From Heteronotia binoei (taxonomy: Eukaryota), in assembly GCF_032191835.1 (NCBI RefSeq), contig NC_083235.1, forward strand, positions 18,228,001 through 18,292,000: DNA of 64,000 nucleotides, given 5' to 3'. Numbering within the stretch: the first letter of the stretch is position 1; each line of letters begins with the position of its first letter. This document shows, in pieces, positions 46,209 to 58,362 of the stretch. The position numbers were made by a program, and so were the translations under genes. The notes beneath the pieces are model-generated. The model did not search any database. It was not told the DNA's origin and saw only the letters and a program-made list of their open reading frames with translations.

Positions 46209-46522
46209 GGTGGTCAAACTGCAGCTCGGAAGCCACATGTGGCTCTTTCACACATATTGTGTGGCTCTTGAAGCTCCCGCCACCCTGTTGGCTGGCTTGG
46301 ATAAGGCATTTGTCTCTTTAAATCACTTCTCCAGGCCAAGCCAGCTGGCAGCTTGGACAATGCATTTAAAGTTAAAGTTGCTTTCTTTCCACCTCTCCCC
46401 CCATCTATTTTCCTTTCTGCCTGCCTGCTCTCAAACATCTGCCGTTCATGTTTTGTGGCTCTTGAACGTCTGATGTTTATTTTATGTGGCTCTTATGTTA
46501 AAAGCAAGTTTGGCCACCCCTG
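46209..46522. mobile_element. hAT-like MITE, same family, opposite orientation
   Basis: Right TIR TTTGGCCACCCCTG followed by CTCTAGGT; left TIR slightly eroded after CTCTAGG. Confidence 0.78.
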
Positions 46523-47039
46523 CTCTAGGTCAAAGGCTCTAATAAGTTAGTCAGCATGAATCACTAACCAAAGAGAAATCAGTCGATTCAGAATGGGCAA
46601 AAAATGTTGAAGAGGTACAGAGTAGGGTTAACATAAAATCAGATGAAATCAAGGAAAACACAGGATAAAACATAAGAAGCAGAAATAATTAGCATCTGCA
46701 GAGGACCAGATCATGATAGTACCTGCCCTTCCAGATGTTAGTTTGTTGTCCTTGCCATGTCTCACACTGCGCCTTGTGTTGATTTTGTCTTTTTTTAATC
46801 TTAATTCTCCTCTGATCTTCAGCAAGTAGGAATGGTCCTCACCCACCCTCAATGGATTGATTTATCTTTCCATGGTTATTGCTTGCCACTAGCTTTCTTG
46901 TCTGTGTTTCTACTTCCACACTTCTGCTGCTTGTAACTTATAGCATAAATATTTAGCTCCTATGGATGTACCAACCATGCATTGATAAAGTGAATTTTTC
47001 AGACTGAATATTCTCACTTCTGGTTATGTTTAGCCCGGT

Positions 47040-47310
47040 ATGTTTAGCCTAGAGAGGAGACAGCCGAGAGGTGATGTGATCACCATCTTCAAGTTCTTGA
47101 AGGGCAGTCATATAAAGGATAATGCAGAGTTATTTTCTGTTCCCCCAGAAGGTCAGACCAGAACCAATGGGTTGAAATTAAATCAAAAGAGTTTCCGGCT
47201 CAACATTAGGAAGAATTTCCTAACACTTGGAACAGTTCCTCAGTGGAACAGCCTTCCTCTGCAGGTGGTGGGCTCTCCTTCTTTGGAGGTTTCTCAACAG
47301 AAGCTAGAAG
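47040..47310 (+). mobile_element. CR1 fragment, second subfamily
   Basis: MFSLERRQPRGDVITIFKFLKG...LKLNQKSFRLNIRKNFLT. Confidence 0.8.
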
Positions 47311-47674
47311 TACTCTTTCAGGTTTTTCAGTGATTTCACAGAATTTATATTGGTTCCTTTAACCATCAGAGTTTGAATGTAACTTTCTTTTTCACCCTCT
47401 ATATCATCTATTCCAGTTATTCAGGCATGCCTACAACTAAGAGAAGTTTGACTTTTACTTTATAACCCTAAACATGAAAAGAAATAAGCAAACTCACATC
47501 TTTCCTTTTGTAGCCTTATTCTTCTTGTAACTTGGTCTGACGCAAGCTAGACTTATGACTATTAACCACAGAATGTTCTTCTTCTTCAGCTACCCATTTT
47601 CTTCAGTTCACAGCCTAGGCATTAATGCAGTCCCTTAAGACAACTCCTGGCCCAGTGGAGAAGACACAAAGCAG

Positions 47675-48613
47675 ATGATGACCAACAACAGTGAGATAGT
47701 GGTGACTGAGTTCATTTTGCTTGGTCTCTCCAACCATCCTGTGGCTCAGGCCATCTTCTTCTGGATTGTTCTGGTTATCTACCTCATCAACTTGCTGGGG
47801 AATGGCCTGATGGTTATAATGATCATTATCAACTCTCACCTCCATACCCCCATGTACTTTTTCCTCAGCAACCTCTCCTTCCTAGACATTTGCTACACCA
47901 GCAGCAGTGTCCCTCAGGCCTTGGTTACCAGCAGCACAGAGAGAACAACCATTTCCTTCATGGGCTGCATGGCCCAGATACACATCAGCCTGTATCTAGG
48001 CACCACGGAGTGTGTCCTCCTGGCTGTCATGGCATACGACCGCTTTGTGGCCATATGCAGCCCTTTACACTACACAGTGATCATGAGTTGGAAAGTTTGT
48101 GTCCAAATGGCCATTGGAACTTGGGGTACTGGTTTTATCCTGACCCTCATCCCTACCGTCACAGGCCCGAAACGGTTCTGTGGCTCAAATGTCATCAACC
48201 ATTTCAGTTGTGAGGCCCAAACAGTTGGTAAGCTGATCTGTGGTGACACTCACTTAAACAATATTGTTTCTTTTGCCAACAGCATACTGGTCCTTATCGT
48301 ACCATTTACTTTTATCTTGCTAACATATCTGCGAATTGGCCTAGCAGTTTGGCGGATCCGCTCTGATCAGGGCTGGAGCAAGGCTCTTTCTACCTGTAGC
48401 TCTCACCTAGCTGTTGTTGGCATCTTCTATGGTTCAGCCATGGCCATGTACCTTCAACCAAAATCTAAATATACCTCTGACAGAGACAAGATGTTTGCTG
48501 TTTTCTATGGAGCTGTGACTCCCATGCTCAACCCTCTGATATACAGTCTGAGGAACAAGGATGTGAAACGGGCATTGCAGAAACTCTTTGGGGGAAAGCA
48601 TTCCAGATATTAA
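47675..48613 (+). CDS. Olfactory receptor, class II, 312 aa, intact
   Basis: All canonical OR motifs present; no disruptions. Confidence 0.95.
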   Translation: MMTNNSEIVVTEFILLGLSNHPVAQAIFFWIVLVIYLINLLGNGLMVIMIIINSHLHTPMYFFLSNLSFLDICYTSSSVPQALVTSSTERTTISFMGCMAQIHISLYLGTTECVLLAVMAYDRFVAICSPLHYTVIMSWKVCVQMAIGTWGTGFILTLIPTVTGPKRFCGSNVINHFSCEAQTVGKLICGDTHLNNIVSFANSILVLIVPFTFILLTYLRIGLAVWRIRSDQGWSKALSTCSSHLAVVGIFYGSAMAMYLQPKSKYTSDRDKMFAVFYGAVTPMLNPLIYSLRNKDVKRALQKLFGGKHSRY

Positions 48614-48866
48614 ATGGACTTCTTCACCTTCTGCCACCATCTCTCTACCAGTCCTCATTGGTTTATAATTTTCTTCATTTTTCATGCTGGACACTGCTAA
48701 AATGGTGACAGTTACAATCCTCACTTTTAAAGATGTGTTTGTGGGAGTTGGTTTCCTGTTTATTTTTGTTGATAACAGTATACTCTGGAGACTAGCACTT
48801 CAACTAGATCATGTTTAACAGCCAGTTTCCCTCCGGAACTTTTGGTGCCTGAGTTGAACCAGAGAA

Positions 48867-49300
48867 ACATAAGAACATAAGAGAAGCCATGTTGGATCAG
48901 GCCAATGGCCCATCCAGTCCAACACTCTGTGTCACACAAGAACCTAAGAGAAGCCGTGTTGGATCAGGCCAATGGCCCATCCAGTTCAACACTCTGTGTC
49001 ACATAAGAGAAGCCGTGTTGGATCAGGCCAATGGCTCATCCAGTCCAACACTCTGTGTCACATAAGAGAAGCCGTGTTGGATCAGGCCAATGGCCCATCC
49101 AGTTCAACACTCTGTGTCACAGAAGAACATAAGAGAAGCCATGTTGGATCAGGCCAATGGCCCATCCAGTCCAACACTCTGTACACACAGTGGCCAAAAA
49201 ACCCAGGTGCCACCAAGAGGTCCACCAGTAGGGCCAGGACACTAGAAGTCCTCTCACTGTTGCCCTCCCAAGCACCAAGAATACAGAGCATCACTTGCCT
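48867..49300 (-). mobile_element. CR1 3' UTR fragment with its terminal ~60 bp repeated five times
   Basis: Tandem ATAAGAGAAGCC(A/G)TGTTGGATCAGGCCAATGGCCCATCCAGT(C/T)CAACACTCTGTGTCAC units. Confidence 0.88.
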
Positions 49301-49433
49301 CAAGGGAGATCCCAAGTAAGAGTCCAGGGGCATCCAGGCAAAAGTCCAGGAAAAGTCCCAAGAAATAGTCCAGGGGAAGTCCTAGAGAAGACTTTAGGGA
49401 GATCCCAGGGAAAATTCAGGAGAGATCCTAGGG

Positions 49434-49557
49434 CAGGGGTGGCCAACGGTAGCTCTCCAGATGTTTTTTGCCTACAATTCCCATCAGCCCCATGGTGGCT
49501 GGGGCTGAAGGGAGTTGTAGGCAAAAACATCTGGAGAGCTACCGTTGGCCACGCCTG
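49434..49557. mobile_element. 124-bp palindromic hAT MITE
   Basis: TIR CAGGGGTGGCCAACGG; TSD 7/8 (TCCTAGGG/TCCTAGGC). Confidence 0.87.
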
Positions 49558-50094
49558 TCCTAGGCCATAACCACACAAACCGTTCTGGGTCAGTGAGCAA
49601 CAATGACTCTCTGTTTCTTCTGGGACTAGGGAAGAGGAAATATCCTATTTCATTTTTTTCTTGCATTCACTGATTTATCAATCCTTGGCCTGACTTCTCC
49701 CTTCATGCTGCCAGTTTCTGTGAATTTCTTTGTAGTATAAAAGAATATTGTATTTTTTTAATGTTCAATAAACTATTAAAATACAAAATGCATAATGCAT
49801 ACATATTCTAAAATCACAGATTGATACACAGTTAGCATTGGGTAATGCATACTTTGTGATGGACATTTTTGGTTCAAGGAAACAAAATATAATATGAAGA
49901 TGAAGAATTGTTGATTCCATTTGCAGAAGAGTAAATAAAACTGAAATACAGATTTAGAGTTGAAACTGTGGAGGTGAGAATGTTGAAATCATTCATACTG
50001 CAACTTGGCGCCTCTCCTCTCTTGAGAGATAATTGACGAGTTAATTGATGTCTTCATATTCTTTGCATGTCCTCTTAACTCACAAGGTCTAGGA

Positions 50095-50414
50095 GATCTT
50101 GGAATTCACTGCCACAGGAGGTGGTGGTGGCTACAAGCATAGACAGCTTCAAGAGGGAATTGGATAAACATATGGAGCAGAGGTCCATCAGTGGCCATTA
50201 GCCACAGCGTATTGTTGGAACTCTCTGTCTGGGGCAGTGATGCTCTGTATTCTTGGTGCTTGAGGAGGAAACAGTGGGAGAGCTTCTAGTGTCCTGGTCC
50301 CACAGATGGACCTTCTGATGGCACCTCGTGGTTTGTTTTTTTTTGCCACTGTGTGACACAGAGTGTTGGACAGGGTGGGCCATTGGCCTGATCCAACATG
50401 GCTTCTCTTATGTT
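50095..50414 (+). mobile_element. CR1 3' end fragment
   Basis: GGAATTCACTGCCACAGGAGG through CATGGCTTCTCTTATGTT. Confidence 0.85.
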
Positions 50415-51126
50415 GTTACCCATGTTTGGAAGTCAATCCCCAGGTATGTTCAGGCCTGACTTGCACTGGGAAGGACAACAGCACACCTGGAAATTTGGCT
50501 TAGATCTCCACACTTCCATACTTGTTTTCCAACTTAAAACGAGCCAAAGAGCTGCTGTTTGCCTCACAGGAGAAACATAGCCCATCAGAAGACATAAATT
50601 CTCCCAGTAGAACCAATAGCAGCTCCCCAGGCCCTTTCAAGTCAGAAAAATTGCATAGGTAGAAGGCTTAATCCTCCTCTCATCATGTGCTGTGATCCTA
50701 ATCTGAGAATCAGCTTCTAAGTGTGGAAACTCATGTGTACATCTGAGCCACAGGACCCATGGCAGTTGCTAAGCTGCATAAGGATTTTTGTTACACATGA
50801 ATTGATTTCCATCCAGTGGCTGCAAAAGGAGAGGAATCATGGAGGCACCCCTTCCTTTGGCTTCCTTGGATGTGAGTTTTATACTTTTTGTGTTAACTGC
50901 CTTGAGTTGCTGTTTTAACAGAAAAGAGATGATCGGTTGAACTCGAGTTGGAACAGGAAAGAGAGGAGTTGCACTGGCAAGCAAGTGGGGGAGAAATCCC
51001 CACAAGCTTTAGGGCGCAATCCCTCCTTGCCACCCCATTGGCCCTGTTTTCCGTCCACAGATATCAAAAGGGAAAGAAGGGGGATCCTTTTTTAAAGAAT
51101 CAAGGATGCTCCCAGTAAAAACAAAA

Positions 51127-51377
51127 AGAAGACCGCAGATTTATACCCTGCCCTTCTCTCTGAATCAGAGTCTCAGAGCAGCTTACAATCTCCTTTATCT
51201 CTTTTCCCCACAACAGACACCCTGTGAGGTGGGTGGGGCTGAGAGAGCTCTCACAGCAGCTGCCATTTCAAGGACAACTCCTACGAGAGCCATTCCAGCA
51301 GCAGAAGGGGAGGAGTGGGGAATCAAACCCAGTTTTGCCAGATAAGAGTCTGCACACTTAACCACTACGCCAAACTG
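51127..51377 (-). mobile_element. tRNA/L2-tail SINE with an internal deletion
   Basis: Homologous to 18461-18722. Confidence 0.82.
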
Positions 51378-51576
51378 TCTGGAAAAACTGGCAAGGAAAA
51401 AGGCATGACATTAAAGCCAGACCAGTTCTCTGGCAACTTATAATTGTTCCTTTGCACCAAATGAGAGACTTGTGCTAGAAGGATCCACACCTTGAAGGCT
51501 TTATTTTTCCTGTTTCTTTCCTTGGATCTGCATCACTAATAGACAGAATATTAATTTTCCGTTCTCTTGTGATCTA

Positions 51577-54500
51577 GTTCAAGTTCAAGTTTATTTATAT
51601 CCCGCCTTTCCCACCGAAGTAGCTCAGGGCGGCTCACAACACATAAAAATCTAACAATAATTTGAATTTAAAACATCTTACACAGTTAAAACAGTAGAAT
51701 AATAAAACATATAAAACATATAACGGCAGTCTATCAGAACTACACTCAGCTTCTAATGCCAGTTAATTATAAGCCTGCCAGAAGAGGGCTGTCTTACAGG
51801 CCCTGCAGAACTGACCAAGGTCCTGCAGGGCCCTCACCTCTTCCGGCAGTTGGTTCCACCAGAAAGGAGCCGTTATGGAGAAGGCCCTGTCCCTGGTGGA
51901 TTGCAGGCGGGCCTCCTTTGGCCCGGAGATAACAAGCAGATTTTGAGATCCCAATCTCAGTACTCTCTGGGGAACATCTGGGGAGAGACAGTCCCTAAGG
52001 TAGGCAGGTCCTAGGCCATATAGGGCTTTAAAGGTAATAACCAGCATCTTGTACTGAACTCAGTATATTATTGGCAGCCAGTGCAGAGTCCGGAGCCCTG
52101 GCCGAATGTGCTCCCATCTTGGGAGCCCCAATAACAACCGGGCCATGGCATTCTGCACTAACTGCAACTTCCGGGTTTGGCACAAGGGCAGCCCCATGTA
52201 GAGGGCATTACAGTAGTCCAACCTCGAGGTGACCGTTGCATGGATCACCATTGCTAGGTCGTCACGCTGCAGGAAAGGAGCCAGCTGCCTCACCCGTCTA
52301 AGATGAAAAAATGCAGATTTAGCAGTGGCTGCTATCTGAGCCTCCATTGTTAAGGAAGGCTCCAATAGTGCCCCCAAACTCCTGACCTTGTGCGCCGCTG
52401 TCAGTGGCGCACCGTCAAAAACTGGCAGGGGGATTTCCCCTCCCAGAACACGACGACCCAAGCAAAGGACCTCTGTCTTCGCTGGATTTAGCCTCAGCCC
52501 GCTCAGCCTGAGCCACCTGGCCATGGTTTGTAACGACCGGTCCAAGTTTTCTGGGATGCAGGCCAGCCATCCATAAGCAGATAGAAAATATTGGATTTAT
52601 ATCCCACCCTCCACTCCGAAGAGCCTCAGAGCAGCTCACAATCTCCTTTACCTTCCTCCCCCACAACAGACACCCTGTGAGGTGGCTGGGGCTGGAGAGG
52701 GCTCTCACAGCAGCTGCCCTTTCAAGGACAACCTCTGCCAGAGCTATGGCTGACCCAAGGCCATGCCAGCAGGTGCAAGTGGAGGAGTGGGGAATCAAAC
52801 CTGGTTCTCCCAGATAAGAGTCTGCACACTTAACCACTGCACCAAACTGGCTGGTGACAACCCAGCCCATACCTTCGGGCAATCTGGGCAAGGGGGCGCA
52901 TATAGATGTTAAATAACATCGGGGAGAGAACCGCTCCTTGAGGCACTCCGCAATCAAGCGTGTGTCTCCGGGTCAGCTCACCCCCAATCGCAACCCTTTG
53001 TCCCCGACTCTCAAGGAAAGAGGAAAGCCATTGTAAGGCCAACCCCTGAATCCCCGCGTCAGCGAGGTGGCAGGTCAGTAGCCGATGGTCGACCGTGTCG
53101 AACGCTGCTGACAGGTCCAACAACATCAGCACCGCCGAGCCGCCCCGGTCCAGATGCCGTTGAAGGTCATCTACCAGGGCAACCAACACCGTCTCCGTCC
53201 CATGGCCCAGGCGAAAGCCGGACTGAAGGGGATCAAGGATGGAAGCATCCTCCAGGAAACTCTGTAGCTGCATCGCCACTGCCCTCTCGATAAGTTTGCC
53301 CAAAAAGGGCAAGTTCGAGACTGGCTGGTAGTGTACCAATGCGGCCGGTTCTAATGTTGTTTTTTTCAAGAGGGGGCGGACCACCGTCTCTTTAAGCGGT
53401 GTTGGAAAGTGCCCCTCCCTCAGGGATCAATTTATGATATCCCGTACAGGATATCTAAGCTCCCTCTGGCAGGATTTAATCAGCCAGGAAGGGCATGGGT
53501 CCAAATTGCAAGTTGTTGGGTGTGCAGATAAGAGGATCCTGTCAACTTCCTCCAGGCTGAGAGCACTGAAACCATCCAGAACATGATCCGAAGACAGGCA
53601 CGGTTCCTTGGGTTCGCAAACTGTCTCTAATATGGCAGGGAGGTCGCGGCAGAGTGACGCGATCTTATCCGCAAAAAAATTTGCAAAAGCCTCACAGCCA
53701 ATCTCCAATTCATTAGAATTTGGTCTGCCTTGTGGCAGCGTTGTAAGATTCCGAATTATATTGAATAGTTGTGCCGGGCGCGAAATTGCAGATGCAATCT
53801 TAGCCGCAAAGTATGTTTTCTTTGCAGTTTTGACTGCCATCTCATAGGACTTCATAATCTCTATAAGATGTTCGAGTCGCTTTGTCTCGAATACGCCACC
53901 ATTGCCTCTCTAGTCGTCTGAGTCCCTGTTTTAATTGCCGCAACTCTTGGTTATACCACGGTGTCGGCTTTAAACGCGGGCGCAGAGGAGGCCTAGGTGC
54001 GATCTCATCAATGGCTCTGGAGAGCCTATCATTCCAAGACTCCACCAAATCATCCAAGGAATCGCCAGGGGGCCAGGGATCCCATAGCGCCATCAGGAAC
54101 CGTTCCGGTTCCATCAGGCTCCGCGGGTGAGATAAAATACACTCTCCGCCTAAACAGGTTTGGGGTGGCACATCCACACGAGCCTTGAGGGCATAGTGAT
54201 CCGACCATGGCACTGCTTTAGCAGTTATATTGTTCACTAAAACTCCCGCCGCGAAAACCAGGTCTAACATGTGCCCTGCCTGATGGGTGGGCGTTGTAAC
54301 AATTTGGGAGAGTCCCAGTGTCACCATGGATGACACCAGGTCCATCGCCCAATTGGAGGCCGCGTCATCGGCATGAACATTGAAGTCACCCAAGACCAGA
54401 AGCCTTGGGCACTCCAATGCCCAGCCCGCCGCGGCCTCCATCAGGGATGGAAAGGCACCAGCCGGAGCGTTAGGCAGACAGTACACCAGCCAGATCGCCA

Positions 54501-55030
54501 ACCCCTCCCCACCGTCCCACATCAGACCGGCACATTCAATGCCCTTGATCTCCGGGGCCGGGAGAGCCCGAAAGGAGTAAACCTCTCATATGAATAGTGC
54601 CACTCTCCCCCCCCCACCCGCTAGTCCGCGACTGGTGAAAGACCGAGTATCCCAGGGGGGGCATCTGGGTGAGAGCTACAGTCTCCCCATTGTGCACCCA
54701 GGTCTCGGTCACGCATGCCAGGTCCACATCCTGCTCTAGTTGGAATTCCCGAAGGGTAGCGGTCCTATTATTGATGGAACTGGCATTACATAACACCAGT
54801 GACAGAGGCGAGTAATTTCACCTGGCCCCACTACCTGTCACCATCGGGATGGGATGCAGGCTGGAAGGTGGCCGAGCACTGTCATGTCTCAGCCTCCTTC
54901 CCTTATAATTCTGCCTGTTCCCACCGTCATACCTTCCCCTCCTCAGGAGTACAGGAATCCCCAGGCCCGTCATTTCCTACTGGTGGCCACCAGCTCCTCG
55001 ACTGGCAGAATAGTTATACCTATATCTAGT
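51577..55030 (-). mobile_element. L2 LINE, most of ORF2, decayed
   Basis: APE (LCNASSINN, CVTETW, LGDFNVH), RT (DLSAAFDTVDH, PQGAVLSP), C-terminal LDYCNAL and LHWLPI; (TTGAAC)n tail; 5' limit approximate. Confidence 0.92.
52585..52852 (-). mobile_element. Full-length tRNA/L2-tail SINE inserted in the L2 RT
   Basis: Family match; no TSD; host bases missing at the site. Confidence 0.88.
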
Positions 55031-56340
55031 GATCCCATAGCTAATAAAGTCTCCCTGCTTAAGAGGGGACTGTGTTTCAGATTCCTCCCTGCACTCCTGG
55101 CCTTTCACTCATGCAACTACATACATACAGGGGAAGTGCTGAAGCAACTAGGATACTTTGTCCTTTGTATATGCTCAGAAGCAGCCTTTATTAGTGTTGC
55201 CCAAGCCACTGGTAACAAGGGAGGTTGGATTTAGTTTGAGATGGTGGCACAGAAGAAGAACACGCTTATATACATGTAAACATGCCTACACGCATGCAAG
55301 TGCACATAGACCTAATCTATTGCTGTAGTCCCATGAGCAGTTTGATCTGATATCGTTGTTGTTTCCTTCTGGATGTAAAGTGTACGATCAAACAGCAACA
55401 TCTGCCTCCTGTTCCCCAGTTGCTGGCACCCCGTTCTGACCCACCTTTATGGATTTCTGCACTTTCACCCTGCATTTCTAGCTGTCTGAACTCCCCTGCT
55501 GCAAAGTTAAGCTATTTGGGAAGTCTGAACCTTCTCTTCCATTTTTGCCTCTCTTTTAAAAATCAGGTAGCGATGTCCACATATCTGTATAATCGTCCCT
55601 GGCATTGTCCATCACTGCTTGTACATTGAAATGGCCACTCCTAGGGTACTTGTTTCTGAGCAACAAATCCTCCCCCCCAAAAAAACCTCTCTCTTGTTTC
55701 TGCATTAGAGTTGCTGTTTGAGAACATCCCATGATTGACACAAGACTAAATGTACTGAATTCATTGTACTACTCTCAGGTAAATCTGCACTTTACCTCCT
55801 TTTCATGTATTCCAAGGAAGAGAGGAGAAGGGAAGGAGGCTGAGAGGAACCAGAGTACTTGGCAGAGGGATTGTGGAGCTGTCAAAAAGGAGCTGGAGCT
55901 TCAGATACACACTTATGACCATGGATGGGGGTGGGTGGGAAAGGATGCCACAAAAATCTGAATGATTGGCCATGGGGTGAGCACGCAGTGAAGCCGGTTC
56001 AGGGTGGGATCAAGACTTCCCATTACAAATAAAACATTCTGTGTGGCCAGATCATGCCAAGCCTGTAGTGTGACTGCAGCCTATGACAACCAGAGGGGAA
56101 GGCAGGCTACCAAAGGAGAATTCCAAATCCTGCCTAATGGAGGAATAGATGAGTGTCTGGGGTGACTTTCTGTCCCAACTTCCAGGCAGGCTTGCATGCC
56201 AGTGAGAAGAAGTTGCCTTTTGCTTGCTTGTGAGCATCAGACACAAACCAGTTCAAATTAAATTTGGATTTCCCTCTTTTCTTTTCTATGCCACTTTTCA
56301 TCCCTCCAGAGGGAAAAGTGGCCTAAGAATGCTTCAATAG

Positions 56341-56384
56341 AAGAAGAAGAAGAAGAAGAAGAAGAAGAAGAAGAAGAAGAAGAA

Positions 56385-56420
<36 letters not shown>

Positions 56421-56687
56421 ATTGGATTTATATCCCGCCCTCTACTCCGAAGATTCTCAGAGCAGCTCACAATCTTCTTTACCTCCCTCCCCCACAACAG
56501 ACACCCTGTGAGGTGGGTGGGGCTGGAGAGGGCTCTCACAGCAGCTGCCATTTCAAGGAAAACCTCTGCCAGAGCTATGGCTGACCCAAGGCCATGCCAG
56601 CAGGTGCAAGTGGAGGAGTGGGGAATCAAACCCAGTTCTCCCAGATAAGAATCTGCACATTTAACCACTACACCAAACTGGCTCTCC
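56341..56687 (-). mobile_element. Full-length tRNA/L2-tail SINE with (AAG)n(GAT)n tail
   Basis: Family match; TSD AATAG (56336-56340 and 56751-56755) encloses the SINE plus 63 extra bp. Confidence 0.9.
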
Positions 56688-57073
56688 AAAATGGAAGAGA
56701 AGGTTCAGACTTCCCAAATAGCTTAACTTTGCAGCAGGGGAGTTCAGACAAATAGCTCAGTCATGTTCTATTATGCGCTGTGGGGTTTGGTCTCTGTTGC
56801 TACCATTTTCCTATTAGGTTCATCTAGTCTCTGGTGTTCTAGGATGATCTGATGGGACACAGCCAGACACAATTTCTGAACTACAGAGTTTCTTTAAACA
56901 GAAAGCTGAATCACTAGGAAGCAACAAAGAGGCTTTCATTACCACACAAATTGAGACAGCTGAAATAGCTTGAGTTCTTCTCTTAAAATCTTCCCGCCAA
57001 ACTCAGTTCTATAGAGGGGACTTGTATTCCCCACACCCTCATTTTTACACCCTAAGGACACTCTTCTTTTCAG

Positions 57074-57181
57074 ATGATTTCTGAAGTAGAAATGGAACAT
57101 AGCATCTGAAAAAAAAGTTTACATTCTCAACCTGGTGACAAGCTTCAAGTGGTTCAAACCATTCTACTTCTACCAGTCCAG
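57074..57181 (+). other. Putative non-coding 5' UTR exon of the OR at 59587
   Basis: CTTTTCAG| acceptor and CAG|GTGAGT donor. Confidence 0.5.
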
Positions 57182-58065
57182 GTGAGTGTTTATAAGTAAG
57201 GGTCTTGCTTACTCCTAACACAAGGAGAGTGAAGGAGTTCATTGTGGAATCCATTTTCAGAAGTTTAGTTCCGATCTGCTTCCTGTACTCTGCCTTACAC
57301 TGAATCAGTCCAGCAAGGTCAGTATAGTCTACTCTGAGTGGCTTAAGGTCTCAGTTAGAGGTTTTTCAAGTCAATACTATCTCATTCTTTTAACTGGAGA
57401 TGGTAGGGATTGAACCTATGACCTTCTGTGTTCTAAGCAGAAGCTCTACCACTGAGACACAGGCCCTCTCTGACCCTGTTGAATTAGGAGCTGGGAAATC
57501 TAGGGTCAAATCTCCACTCTGCCATGAAGCTGACTAGGTGACCAGGGTCCAGTCACTTTTTCTCCTCCTAAATTACCTCACAGGGTTCTTGTGAGGGAAT
57601 AATGAGGAAGAGAGAACAATGTATGCCTCTCTGAGCTCTTTACTGGGAAGGGAGATATAAAAATATAACCGACGGATAGATTCACAGGGCAATCCAAATC
57701 TACACCCTTCGAAACCTATTGAGTTCAACAGCATAGTAGGGTTTAACTCTGCTTAGAATGGCATTATAACCATGCCATCCTAAACAATTCCTTTTCCAAG
57801 CCCATTGACTTCAATAGACATAGAAAGGAGTAGCTTTGCAGTTCTATGCAGAGTTACTCCAATCTATATCCACTGAAGTCAATCGGTTCAGTGTGGGTTA
57901 ACTCTGTATAGGATTGCACAGCAACTGCTATAAACAGAGAGGTACAATACAAAATTAAAAGCAAGAGTGATCGCTATAGCCAGTTCTGGTGTTCTTGTGA
58001 AATAGAGAATTTGAAAATTTTCTTTTAAAGGGAATGGATTATATTCCTAAACATTTTCCTTAATA

Positions 58066-58362
58066 AAGGTAAAGGTAGTCCCCTGTGCAAGCACCAGTCG
58101 TTTTTGACTCTGGGGTGACGTTGCTTTCACAACGTTTTCACGGCAGACTTTTTATGGGGTGGTTTGCCATTTCCTTCCCCAGTCATCTACACTTTCCCCT
58201 CAGCAAGCTGGGTACTCATTTTACCGACCTCGGAAGGATGGAAGGCTGAGTCAACCTGGAGCCAGCTACCTGAACCAGCTTCTGCTGGTATCAAACTCAG
58301 GTCATGAGCAGAGGGCTCCGACTGCCGTACTGCAGCTTTACTACTCTGCACCATGGGGCTCT
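58066..58362 (-). mobile_element. Sauria-type SINE
   Basis: Homologous to 31850-32159; TSD 12/13 ATTTTCCTTA(A/G)TA. Confidence 0.85.

Larger units (their letters stand above)
56225..57660 (+). repeat. OR cassette block A, copy 5
   Basis: Homology to the other copies; contains a young SINE insertion. Confidence 0.85.

Noticed and set aside
48867-49200. CRISPR-like array
   Set aside because: The units have no unique spacers, match the CR1 3' end, lack cas genes and lie in vertebrate DNA.
49300-49430. Loose 11-12 bp periodicity (GTCCAGGGAAAA-like)
   Set aside because: Too degenerate to define a unit or a function.
56258-56689. Poly-Ser ORF on the minus strand
   Set aside because: It is a translation of a SINE and its (AAG)n(GAT)n tail; the same peptide recurs at other SINE copies.
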